A stretch of DNA of 35,209 bases, taken from contig RBNJ01000258.1 of the NCBI GenBank assembly GCA_003990765.1, positions 1 to 35,209 on the forward strand, written 5' to 3'. This document shows, piece by piece, positions 24,531 through 35,209 of this stretch. The notes beneath the pieces were generated by a model. The model made no database searches, was not told the DNA's origin, and worked only from the letters and a program-made list of their open reading frames with translations. Position numbers and translations under genes: made by a program. How positions within the stretch are numbered: the first letter of the stretch is position 1; each line of letters starts with the position of its first letter. Source of the stretch: Jimgerdemannia flammicorona. Taxonomy: Eukaryota.

Positions 24531-25289
24531 CTATAAAACCATGTGGGAGCAATTAGTTCACGATAGGAGGCTAGAACAGCAAGTTAGAAACTCGACACCA
24601 TGAGAAAGATATTGTCATTCACCTGGATTAGCGACTCGTCTTAAATATCTTTTAATAGGATAAGGGATAGTGTTGAATAAGCGAAATTTTGAAAGATTGT
24701 ACTTACAGTTGGGCAGCTTGAAAAGAGAGAGTGTGTGTTGGGAGCGTCGTTTTGTAGTTTTTTGGTGGCGTTTCTTTAGAATCCTATGTCGCCAGAGGGA
24801 TGTAATATGCGTCACATTTTTTATGAAACGGCGCTAACTATTGATACTGAAACTGGCGTAAATCTGAATCCGAAATCTGAACTAAACTAAAAAGGTTAAC
24901 TTGGGCGTAGGGGTAACCAGACAAACTTGCCATTGTAGAACCTATTCGCCAGGTTGGGCGAACGTATTTGTCTTACGGACCGTGCCATCAATGCCTTATT
25001 TCCATGGAACATTAAGTTGTGAACGATAGCAATAATTACGATTACCGATTGCCCGAGGCCATTACAAAGGCCTTTGAAGGCTCACAAACATTGCGCAAGC
25101 TGTACAGTTCTATCTCTATGACCTTCTGTTATGATTACGCGGTGGCCTTATGTGAATTATAGTATTAGTTATAAAGTGACTTCAAAGGAATGCATTCTAT
25201 CAAGTAATACACTCAACATGTCTAATTCAGGTTTGACAGGACAATTTCAGTAGCCATTCCTTATTATAAGTGCTCAACATCTAGTCTCA

Positions 25290-27354
25290 ACATCACATGA
25301 TATTTGTTATAATTTGTAGAGAGCAGTTGAAATAGATAATTAGGTTATATAGCTCTGGACAATCTTCTTGCACCAGTCTTCTTTACTGATCTATCTAATA
25401 TTCTTCTTTTTTTTCTGAGTGAATACTATATAATCTTTTTCTTCATGTTTGCTAGCTTCTTTCTCTATTTCTAAAAGTACTTCATTATTGATATTGATAG
25501 AGATTTATATATTCTGTCAATAGTTAATAATTTGTATCATCTAAATATTTATATAAATTATTATCTTAGACTTGTGAAGTCACTAGTTGCTGATGAGAAT
25601 ATTATAGTATATAGTATTAGTTATAATTATATCTACTGAGATTATTGATTTTCTAAACTTAATTAAGATTTTTCTCAAAAGTATAGCCCTAATACAATCT
25701 GCTGTAATAAATACTAGCTTTACAGCTTCTTTGATTTCTCAACTTAAACAGTTTACTACTTTCTTACTGAGAAGATATCTTTTAGCTTTTGTATCAATAA
25801 TGACTTTAAAGACTTTATCTTCAATTTAATAGATAATATAGACAGAGGTTCTGCAAATATACCCACCCTCTTTACCAGAGTCTTCTTGAGTATTATTGGC
25901 TTCTACTATCTCTCAGTCTTAGTCTCTGATAGTTTCAACTAGTCTAAGTTTTATTTGTTATCTAAAGATGAGAATTTTACTCAACTATCCAAAGATTGTA
26001 TTAACCTTTTGCTGACTGAGATCTTTGGAAATATTATACTTAAAGATCTTGCTTTTGTATCACTTCTTCTTCTTTACTTCTTTACTAGTAAAGATAGTAT
26101 TTTAAAAAAAATTCTCAACTACTTATTCTAGCTCTATATTTTGATTTATTTCTTAAAGTATAATTTTACTTTCTATAATTACTTCTAGTTACTCTTCTAT
26201 AAGTCTTTTGACTGAATTATTCTGTAAGATTTCTTATAAATATCTTTTTTAAATATCTGAATAGAGATTAATTTCTATTCTTACTCTTTATATAATACTT
26301 TAATCTCTTTAGATAATAATATTGATTGGTTTATAGTTTCTAATAGTATTGCTTAGCTAGGTCTTATATTTAATTTTGCTTATATATTTATATAAGTAGC
26401 AATCTTCTTCTTTATAGAGATAGTAGATTTTTTTTTTTTTATCTAAGATAATAGTAAACTTCTAACTGAGTAGTAGTCTCTTTCTTATATATCTTTTATT
26501 ATATCTTTTAGTTTTAGATATAATGTAATTTCAGTAAACCTTTTAACAAGTTTTATCATAGGGGTACTACTTCTTTATTACTCTGTAGTCTTGAACTGAG
26601 AGGTGTTTTAATTAACCAGAGTTATGAGAATTATTCTAGTTACTTTAAGTACTTTAATTCTAACTTCTATAACTCTCTCTATTGTATAGTCTTGATGATA
26701 TCTGAATATTTAATATTACTAAGTATAAATAATCATTTATAATAGATCAAGAACTATTAGTAAGTATTAAATTTCTAAAGTTATCTCTAGATAATTTCTT
26801 TCTGAATATTACTTCAGTTACTTAATCTTTAATAAAATCTATGTAGTTATCTAGAACTATGTAATAGTAAATTCAATATTGATTCCTCAGTAAGTTATAT
26901 TATACTTAATTTTATCTATATAATAGTTAATTTGCAATCAGGTCTCTAAACTATCAGAAATACAGTATTTTTATTTTTGATATAATTTACTACTATAAAT
27001 ATAACTCATATAGAATCTCAAAGGCTGAAAGATATGAGAGCTACTTACTATACTATAATTGGAGTTCTTATAGTAGTACATATATTATATAAAAGATAAT
27101 AATTAATTTATCAGAGATATATTTCTAAAATATTAAAAGTCTCATATTTATCTTATTTATATATCTTAAATTAGTTTAAGTAGTTGTTTAAATAATAGTA
27201 AATATTTAATATTTTGCTTAAAGTAAGAGATTTATATTTGAAACTACTAGTTAATTGATATTAAGTTATAATATAACAGATATATAGTCTAAAAAGTATA
27301 GTTAATATTTTTAGCTTAAATTCTTAATCTTCTTTAACTTCTCAGAGTTCTCAG
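25290..27354 (-). mobile_element. Ty3/Gypsy copy B (gag-protease and part of 5' LTR), heavily hypermutated
   Basis: Colinear with about 400-2490, e.g. GTATCAATAATGACTTTAAAGAC vs GTGTCAATGATGGCTTCAAAGAC (protease) and ATTAAGTTATAATATAACAGATA vs ACCAAGTTGTAATGTAGCAGATG (PBS/LTR edge, LTR starts 27267). The LTR continues at 32317-32461. The left boundary is approximate. Confidence 0.88.
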
Positions 27355-27495
27355 TCAAAGTGTCCCATGCATGAGGAGGCTAACGTGAGATGAATAGTGT
27401 TCTATATAAAATGAATCTAATGTGGGACATAGGTTTGGCTCAAAGGAAGCATACACTTCCAAAGGCCCACCAATCGCATTCGTATACGAAGAGGC
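27355..27495 (-). repeat. split direct repeat B2 (141 bp; partner B1 at 27863-28003)
   Basis: TCAAAGT.TCCC.TGCATGAGGAGGCTAACGTGAGATG...GAAGAGGC in both copies, same length. Confidence 0.95.
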
Positions 27496-27537
27496 AAGGC
27501 ACACATTTATTGTTCCAAAGGGGGATGGGTGGGAGGG

Positions 27538-27862
27538 GTGCGTGAAATCGATTGAAATGAATTACTAATGACGATTGCTAGAGTATGTTGAGGGAAATGT
27601 ATGGCCACTGCCTAACTCTTGGGCATGCAGTTGGAGCTCGGGCTAGCTAAGGTAGGGTGCAGAAAGTGATTGAAACTGACTAAGCTAAGATGGTGGATTG
27701 CATGATTATGTTGCATGAATGTTTAAGTGCATGGTAGGGTGCAGGAAGCAATTGAAACTAACTAATCTAAGATGGTAGTTGCATTGTGCGATGAATGTTA
27801 GACGCACAAGTGTTAAACACAATGGCCACTTTGCTGCATTTTGAACTACATTCACAACTATA
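27538..27862 (-). repeat. split direct repeat A2 (325 bp; partner A1 at 31992-32316)
   Basis: GTGC.TGAAATC.ATTGA...TTCACAACTATA in both copies, same length. Each contains an internal duplication of GGTAGGGTG.AG.AAG..ATTGAAACT.ACTAA.CTAAGATGGT. Confidence 0.95.
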
Positions 27863-28169
27863 TCAAAGTATCCCGTGCATGAGGAGGCTAACGTGAGATG
27901 AATAGTTTTCTATATAAAATGAATCTAATGTGGGACATGGGTTTGGCTCAAAGAAAGTATATGCTTCCGAAGGCCTGCCAATCATATTCGTATGCGAAGA
28001 GGCCAAAGAACCACGGGCCTGGGAAGTGGGCAAGGCTTCTAAATGTAATGCTGGTGCCACTGACCGCTTGTGGGCACCTTTTGGCCACCATCCACCAAAC
28101 CCATGGCCCGCTGGTAGTCGAGTAGAGGAAGTGCGGCCAAGGTGACTGTCGTCCGAGGTAGAATCTGGT

Positions 28170-29100
28170 CGAGTTGCCAGATGTAATGCAGAAAGGCTAT
28201 AGACTTCCACCGACCAGCCAGTTGAATGATGTGATCTGGATATCCCGCCAATGCAAGAAGAGTAGCGCCGCCGATGCAGAAGGAATGACTATGAATTCCA
28301 GTGGCTAGTGGAGTGTCTCTTAAAGGGGTCCGAATGGCCTCGATGAATGTTGAGCAAGAGAGGGGTTGAGTGGGACTGAAGGAGAAGACAGGGTCCTCGG
28401 GACGGGCAGGGCAGAGGCAGATCATATTGTCAATCGCAGAACAGGAGCAATCAAAGGCACCTGAAAACCCCAGAAATACATTGCCTGAGGTACCAGTTTT
28501 GGTGCAAGGGAGGTGTAGAGACCAAAAGGGCTGGGAAAGTGTAGGGTCCCAGTACCATCAAAGGTGGTGCCTGCATGCCTGCCAGTGTGAGTCAAATGGT
28601 AGGTGGTCAGGAGATATCAGCTCGCCGATTCGCATGAGGCCATAAAAGGCTGTACACATGGCCACCCATATGGTGGCGCCATGAGGTGTAGTAAGGAGGA
28701 GAGCAGCATGAATAAGCTACAAGTGTTGGTGAGTAATAGGAAGGTATTCCAGTGAGAGTGAGGGGGGTGAGTGGTGCTGAATAGATTTCAATACTATATC
28801 GAACAGGGGTAAAGATGCAAGGTGGAGAGGGGGGCCTCGCCAGTGTGCCAGTTGATGAGTGGCGATGTTGTAGAAATAGTTCTTAATGGTGGTATATGGC
28901 TTTTGATCATTGGCCAGCCATTGGGCCCAATAGCTGAGGAGGTTGTTGTGAAGAGGAAAGGCAGTGGTATCATCGATGCCAAAGCAGCCTAGGAAGCGGT
29001 AGAAGGAGTTGGTGCCAGGTTGAAGGGTACCAGTGTAGGTGTGAGAGTGTTGGTAGAGACAGGACTTGAGTCAATGGCGAAGCCAAAGGGGGATATTATA
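28170..29100 (-). pseudogene. tyrosine recombinase of the Ngaro-type element
   Basis: AFYGLMRIGEL (first catalytic Arg, about 28615-28650) and HSFCIGGATLLALAGYPDHIIQLAGRWKSIAFLHY (HxxR changed to HxxC, GRW, catalytic Tyr). Stops or frameshifts upstream. Confidence 0.9.
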
Positions 29101-29129
29101 GTTGTAGGAAGCAGTTCCTGGAGATGGGA

Positions 29130-30700
29130 GGGGAGATGGATAAGATGAGATAGGGAGTCGGCAGGGTTAGATGAGGAAGGAATATACCGAGCTTGGATGT
29201 CAAACCCTCTGTTGAGACATAAGAGGGTAATGCATTGTAAAAGATCGTTAACAAGAGGGTGGTGCTGTGCCCGACCACTGGTTAGCGATTCAACACAGGG
29301 TTGGCTATCACACCATAAGATGATATGCTGACGATAAAAGGAGGAACCCTACAATGCAAGCGAAACCCAGATGGTGAACATTTCCTTCCAGAAAATGTCA
29401 TATCCCTTCTGGTTGCTGAATGAAGAGGCCCACCGAATGCTCCACCAGCGTTGGCCCAGAAGGCCGCCAGCGCCAATTGTTCTGGATGCATCTATGAATA
29501 GACCACAATCCTGCCAATCAGAGTGGAAAAGCAGGCAATGACCTGTCCATGAGCATAAGATGTCCTGCCACCATTAAAGATCAGTGGCCAGGCGAGAAGA
29601 TAGATGATGCCGCTCAGCATAGGGTGGTTTCCATGCAGAGATGAAACGAATGATGGAATTACAGAATACTTTCCCATCTGGAAGGACTTGGACAATATGC
29701 ATGAGATGACCCAGTAGTGAATGAGCATCGTGGTAAGACCGAGGACATGGCCGACGAGCCTGATGAGGTATTACGAGCCAGTCTGTGAGCAGAGAGAGGA
29801 TGTGTGTACGTTTTTCAAGTGGGAGGCTGATTGTCATGTTGGGGGCATCGAGGAGAAAGCCCACGTACTCGATAGTTGGTGTGGGAGGTATATCCTTGGC
29901 TGCTTTGAGGGGAAGACCAAAGCGAGCAGTGATCGAGTGAAACTGCAAGTATGTAAACTGAGTGGTAGAGGGTGATGTGACATAGATAAAGTCATCCACG
30001 AAGTGGCCCAAATTGGGAAGGTTATACTGCTGAATGCAAATCCACATGTACAAATCCATCAGAGATGTGAATATGAATGGTGCTGAGTGAAGGCCGAATG
30101 GAAGGAATATGTCAAGGAAGAAAAGGCTGAGCCAGCAGATACCTTGCATAGCCCAGTCAGACTGGTGGATGGAGATCATGCAAAAGGCTTCAGCAACATC
30201 TGCCTTCCAAAATAGAGCTGTGGCACCAAGTGCGAGGAGTAGCTGGAGGATGGACTGGATCGACTAGTACTGAATTGAAAACTCCTCTGGGTTGATGCCA
30301 TCATTTACAGAGGCTTCCTCTGAGAAGGACAGATGTTGAATGGTGCGAAGTTTGGTAGAGTTCTTTTTTGGGACAACTCCTAGGGGAGCATTGCGAAAGG
30401 GATGAAACTCAGTTGGTAATGTAGAGGGAGATGAAAAGGGTCCTAAGTAGCGACCGGCTTGAAGTTCGGCAAGAATGTTGGCAGAAAGGATGTCGCGATA
30501 TTGGTAAGCTGATGCCAGATTGTTAGATATGTAGTCGATATGAAGCTCAGAATGGGAGTGATTGCTGTGAAGGTAACCCTGACATAGGCCTGTTAAGTGG
30601 TACTGAATGAGAAGTTGGTCTGGATGGGTGTAAAGTGCTCGTTGCCACTCCCCAAGGCAGTATGGACACGCTGGGGGGTCAGATGGGGGTGGGGTCATGA
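29130..30700 (-). pseudogene. reverse transcriptase / RNase H of the Ngaro-type element
   Basis: PLGVVPKKNSTKLRTIQHLS, KADVAEAF, LPFGLHSAPFIF, HFVDDF and IEYVGFLLD. RNase H motifs DASRTIGAGG, WKEMFTI, LWCDSQ and NPADSLS. In-frame stop at 30264-30266, among others. Confidence 0.92.
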
Positions 30701-30702
30701 GA

Positions 30703-31974
30703 TTAGCTGCGGTGAATAGAGCACTCTGTGCCTGGATGAGAGCCATAGCAGAACAAGCAGACATGGGGGCAGCCACAATTGCTGCGGCAGCTGGAGCCAT
30801 TGTAGTTGCGACAGATAGAACTGGCTGCACCGTCTGAGGAGAGAGTATTATCCGGTTTGATGGGGAATGTAGGTCGTGTGAGAGGGGTTTGGGTACAAGA
30901 GGTCGATGCATGCCCCTGCACTCTGCACCAAAAGCATAAAAGGGGGCGTGATGAGGTCGTTCTGGGACTTCCTGTTGAGGGGGCCATTGCCTGTATGGGC
31001 CGATGTGTTGGTTGGTAGGCAAGTAGTGCTGATGCTGGCTGGCTGATGATGGTTTCAAATGTGTGCCGGACAGCATCTGGGTTGCCAATATCCAGCTCCA
31101 GAAAGGATGCTTTAAGTGTGCGAACTTGCCGGTCAAACTGCTGAAGGGCAGCCCAGTCGTAATGATCGTTGATGGCCTTGATGATAAAGATGATATGTGT
31201 GAGTAGCTGTGCAGCATGTACAGTGTGGGGGGCAGCCTGAGTAGTGCCCAGAGACAGCAATACACCCTAAATGTTGAAGATGGCTTCAAGCCAGAGTGGT
31301 AGGTCAAGATTGCGGTCTGGTGGATGTGAATCAGGTTTTCGCCAATTGCTCGGATGTGATAGCAAGGCGTTGCCTGTCCATTCGGCCAGTATTTGGTATT
31401 CCCCTGCCTCAAGTGAGGTCAGCAGCTCCAATGGAACCCAATCACGATGTAGAATAGTGTCAGAAACAAATGGGGGGTTAGATGACTCACTATTTAAAGG
31501 GTTTGAAAACCATGCTGGTAAGGGTGCCGATGGGGTTGGCTGCAGTAAAAGCGAGGGAACTGCCGGAGAGGTGAAGGCAGCTGGAAGAGGGAGTGCTGGC
31601 AGTAAGCTGGGTGGTAGGACTGGAGGGAGATTGGTGTTGGCTAAAGGTCTGTAGAGACATGCCGTGAGTGCTGGAAGTAGCTGTTCGATCAATGTGTCGA
31701 CTTCATGACCATCAGGGAGCAGTGCTGGAGCCAGCGCCATAGGTTCAGCAACTGGGAAATCGGGGCCAGGTTGATGAGCATCAAGACGTGTAACCAGGGT
31801 GGCCTTTTGACTGTCTATGGAGAGGTTGTGTTCATGGCAGAGTGTGATGAGCTGGTCCTTGCACAATGTACGTAGGCCAGTTAAGTTGGGAATTGATGGG
31901 GGCATATGTGGGGCACCAGGTGCTGGAACTGGGGGACCAGATGGTAGGCCTTGAGACCGACAGATAGGTGGCAT
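30703..31974 (-). pseudogene. gag-like ORF1 of the Ngaro-type element (SAP-like N-terminus, Zn fingers)
   Basis: ORFs 31267-31974 and 30703-31260 are in the same frame, separated by a stop. Contains CFWCRVQGHASTSC (CCHC), CRNYNGSSCRSNCGCPHVCLFCYGSHPGTEC, and the SAP-like helix pair LCKDQLITLCHEHNLSIDSQKATLVTRL. Confidence 0.82.
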
Positions 31975-32316
31975 GATGTATCTGAGAGATAGTGCATGAA
32001 ATCAATTGATATGAATTACTAATGACGATTGCTAGAGTATGTTGAGGGAAATGTGTGGCCGCTACCTAACTCTTGGGCATGTGGTTGGAGCTTGGGCTAG
32101 CTAAGGTAGGGTGCAGAAAGCGATTGAAACTGACTAAGCTAAGATGGTGGATTGCATGATTACGTTGCATGAATGTTTAAGTGCATGGTAGGGTGTAGGA
32201 AGCGATTGAAACTGACTAATCTAAGATGGTAGTTGCATTGCACGATGAATGTTAAATGCACAAGTGTTAAGTGCAATAGCCACTTTGCTGTATTTTGAAC
32301 TACGTTCACAACTATA

Positions 32317-32461
32317 TAAAGTGTAGGAGTGGGTAAGTTTGAAGTATATCTGTCTATAGACTTTTAAGATCTCTTTTTCTATTTACTTTAAAACTATTTT
32401 AATTTGAGAATTATTTATTCTAAATATTAGAAATATTTATTTATATAAGTTTATTAGCTAT
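32317..32461 (-). repeat. continuation of the interrupted 5' LTR of Gypsy copy B
   Basis: AAGTGTAGGAGTGGGTAAGTTTGAAGTATATCTG resumes the LTR consensus where 27354 stops. It is cut at ...TAGCTAT by LTR C. Confidence 0.82.
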
Positions 32462-32909
32462 TATAATATAGTAGATACTTAATCTTAGAAGTACATTGGA
32501 TTTCTGTATCTTGAAAACTTGATCTTCTTTGACTCTGTAGAGTCTTTGAAATATAGGAGTGGGTGAGTTTGAAGTATATCTGCCCATAGGCTTACTAGTT
32601 TCTTTGCTTTCTCTATGCTTTAAACTATTTCAATCTGAGGTTTATTCACTCTAAGATACTGGGTTATTTATACAAGTTTACTAGCTATGAGATAGGTGAC
32701 TAAGTTATGAGTCATTTTGAAAGTATTGAAACATTTCAATATTGTTAAAATACTATACTATATTGGGCCTTCAATTTCAAATCTTTTAAAATATTTAGAA
32801 ATTGTTGAAATCAGAGACTGCTAACTATAAGGCTATGCTAATTTGGAACTAGTGATGATCAAGTATCTATTCCCTATTTGCTTCTTCCAAATTTGATTCT
32901 ACCATTACA
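32462..32909 (-). repeat. 3' LTR of Gypsy copy C (448 bp)
   Basis: Colinear with 2408-2865 and ends CCATTACA. Adjacent polypurine tract (minus strand CAGGAGGAAGT, 32910-32920). Confidence 0.88.
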
Positions 32910-35209
32910 ACTTCCTCCTGAATAGATAGTCTTATCTCTGAAACATCTATTCAAATTCCTAGGTCTCAATAGTCTATATGGTCTTATACTGTGCAATCTA
33001 TTATATCACTATCTCCCAATAGTATCATCTTATTAGCTCAAAATCAGTAGGAGTTATTCCTCACAGATGGGCTAGTGCTGGTTCATCATCTTGGAATAAC
33101 TTATGAATTCTTTTGGCAATGATAATTTGTGAATAAGAGAGCTGACACTCTGTGATCCAATCATTATTGGTCATTTCTGGGCTCTTGTTAAGTATCTGTC
33201 AGTTTGAAGTACACTTAGAACTCTGTCTGATGGTAGTAGATCTTGAAGTACAACATTTGAGAGAGATGAGTCTGTATAATACTTTGGATACTATTATAAG
33301 ATCTTTCTATAATCAGGGGTTCTGTGGTGTACCATTGTCTCTCAATGGCTCTTTGAGCAGTACTAGTGATCTTAAGTACTGTTGCTATACTTTGTTTATT
33401 GGCCATAGTACTTCTTGAGTCAGTTTTGGTAGATGGTAGTAAGGATGATTGTGTCTGAGAGTTTTTATAGTCAAAAGGTGGTCTCTTTTATATTTTGCAC
33501 AAGGTAAGGTTCTTCACACTTAGGCTCTAATTTTTATGACCATGAAGCTTCTACTATATTCCAATACACCAAGATCTTATCTCCTATCTTGATAATCTCT
33601 AAGAGCTTATGAACCTTTTCTGTATTATTCTACTATAGTATCTGCACCTTGGTTATGTAATTCTTGGCATTCTTCCTGATTTGATATAGTCTCTATATTT
33701 CTCTATTTATATATTTTCATACAGTATCTCCATTGAATGATAGGATTTCTTGAGAACTTTCTTCTCTAAACAGCATTTCCTGAGAGATAAAATGAGTGCT
33801 TTGTGATCAAATATCCTAGAGAGCAGATAATGCTATTGGCAGATAGTGATCCCAGTTTTTGTATTTATTACAGATCTTATTGATAATATTCTTAAGAGTC
33901 TTATTGGTCCTTTCCACCTATCCATTTTCTTGAAGATGGTATGCTGTGGTCCAAATATACTAGATCTTATACTTCTTATAGAGAACTTTAAAGAACTTGT
34001 TCACAAATTCTGTTCCTCTTTCTATAGTTACTTGTGTTGGGGTCTTGAACTAGCAGATAATTTCTTTATAAAAGAAATCAGAAATTTATCATACATTGGC
34101 TTCCTGAGGGGTCCTATCTTTATCCATTTCATAAAAAGGTCTATGATGACAATAATGTATTGGTTGCCAATCAAAGTCAAGGTAGAGGACCAATCACATC
34201 TATTGCAATATGGGCTAATAGTACTAGTTCTATGTATACTGATCCTGGGGCTTGATTTTGTTGATCTTATTTCTATTTCTGGCATTTGTCACAGGTCTTG
34301 ACAAATCATCTGATATCTTCCTCCATTCCTGGTCTTCTTGCCTTATCATATATATTTGTTCCTCCTAGATGACCAAGTTTATGTACTGATTTCATTGTAT
34401 ACTCCTTCTTGTGTTCTGATATAACTAGTAACTTTTATTTCTTCAATATTTCTATATCAGTTTCAAACTGTTTCCATGTTCTGTTGATAATTATTTGTGT
34501 TCATTCTTCCAGATGTTGGGGCATCTTTCACTGTCTCAGATAGGTGATATTTCTGTAGTAGAGCTCCTTATTTATGATTGATTTACTGGTTGAGAGTCCT
34601 TTGGGGCATCCATGAGAGGGCATCTGTATTAGCATTAGTTCTTTCTGAGCAGTACATGATGGTTATATCATATGCTTGCAATTTCATAATCCATTTAGCA
34701 TAGATTTATTTGAGTTGTCCAGTGGTCAGTAGCTAAGTAAGGGCTGAGTGGTCTATCTGAATGGTGAAGTATCTTCTGGTGAGATAGTAGTGGAACTTCT
34801 CTATAGTCCAGATAACTGCAAGACATTCCAATATATAGGATTTATACTCTTTTTCAGCTTCTCGGATTTCTTAGCTTAGGTATATAATAATATACTCCAC
34901 TTTGTCTTTTTTTTGAGCTAGGACTGCTCCTAGTTCTTGGGTGCTTATATATATCTATCTGTAGGATAAATTCTTGAGTCCAATTGGGTCTTCTGAGAAT
35001 GGGTGCCTGGGTCAGTCTGACCTTAAGCTCATTGAATGCTTTTTGTTGCCTGCTAGTTCATTAGAACTTAGTATTCTTCTTATTGAATTCATAGATTGGA
35101 CCTACAATATTAGAGAATACTCTGATAAATCTTAAGTAATATGAGGTGAGTCCTATGAAGGCTTGGGCTTTAGTAATAGTAATAGGCCTTGGGTATACTT
35201 TTTTTTTTT
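32462..35209 (-). mobile_element. Ty3/Gypsy copy C (RT end/RNase H, integrase, PPT, 3' LTR), degenerate; continues beyond right edge
   Basis: RNase H motifs ECLAVIWTIEKFHYYL, IDHSAL and KWIMKLQAYDITIMY..TNANTDALS. Integrase motifs GHLGG, FVKTCDKCQ, IAIDVIGPLP...YIIVIIDLFMKW, GTEFVN and AYHLQENGKVERTNKTL. RH-then-IN order indicates Gypsy. Confidence 0.9.

Larger units (their letters stand above)
27355..32324 (-). mobile_element. tyrosine-recombinase retrotransposon (DIRS order, Ngaro-type split direct repeats), complete but inactivated
   Basis: Minus-strand order: A1 (32316-31992), gag, RT/RNase H, YR, B1 (28003-27863), A2 (27862-27538), B2 (27495-27355). No integrase or protease. Confidence 0.94.

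Noticed and set aside
24840..25200. Possible gene fragment next to Gypsy copy B
   Set aside because: Only short open stretches without recognisable motifs.
26427..26440. T-run as a LINE/SINE poly(A) tail
   Set aside because: It aligns to CTTTCTTCTTG in copy A gag (about 1529-1540), so it most likely arose by C>T mutation.
30264..31412. 382-aa ORF as an independent gene
   Set aside because: Its C-terminal part is the start of the YR-element RT, and its N-terminal part overlaps gag in another frame, as is usual for DIRS-order elements.
35198..35209. Terminal T-run as another LINE insertion
   Set aside because: It is cut by the window edge and cannot be distinguished from a mutation-derived homopolymer.

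Overview
Eukaryotic DNA, almost certainly fungal (short GT-AG introns with CTAAY/CTGAC-type branch points). It is a transposon-dominated region with two small CpG-rich gene islands. The first island (about 3.3-9.2 kb) holds an intact 4-exon secreted thaumatin-like protein gene (+). It also holds a divergently oriented 3-exon double-psi beta-barrel (loosenin/expansin-like) gene (-), with an unmutated 70-75 bp tandem array between the two genes. The second island (about 21.8-25.2 kb) holds a disrupted F-box/LRR-like gene. The rest is nested mobile DNA: three copies of one Ty3/Gypsy family, one with an in-frame dUTPase after the protease; an older Gypsy RT fragment; LTR-like repeats; a full-length L1-like LINE with poly(A) and probable TSD, plus a second ORF1-only copy; a hAT MITE with a perfect 8-bp TSD; and a complete Ngaro-type tyrosine-recombinase retrotransposon (A1-gag-RT/RH-YR-B1-A2-B2) inserted inside a Gypsy LTR. 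Repeats show graded C>T/G>A hypermutation, first at CpG and then at CpA/TpG, consistent with a methylation- or RIP-like defence. All alignments and translations were done by eye.
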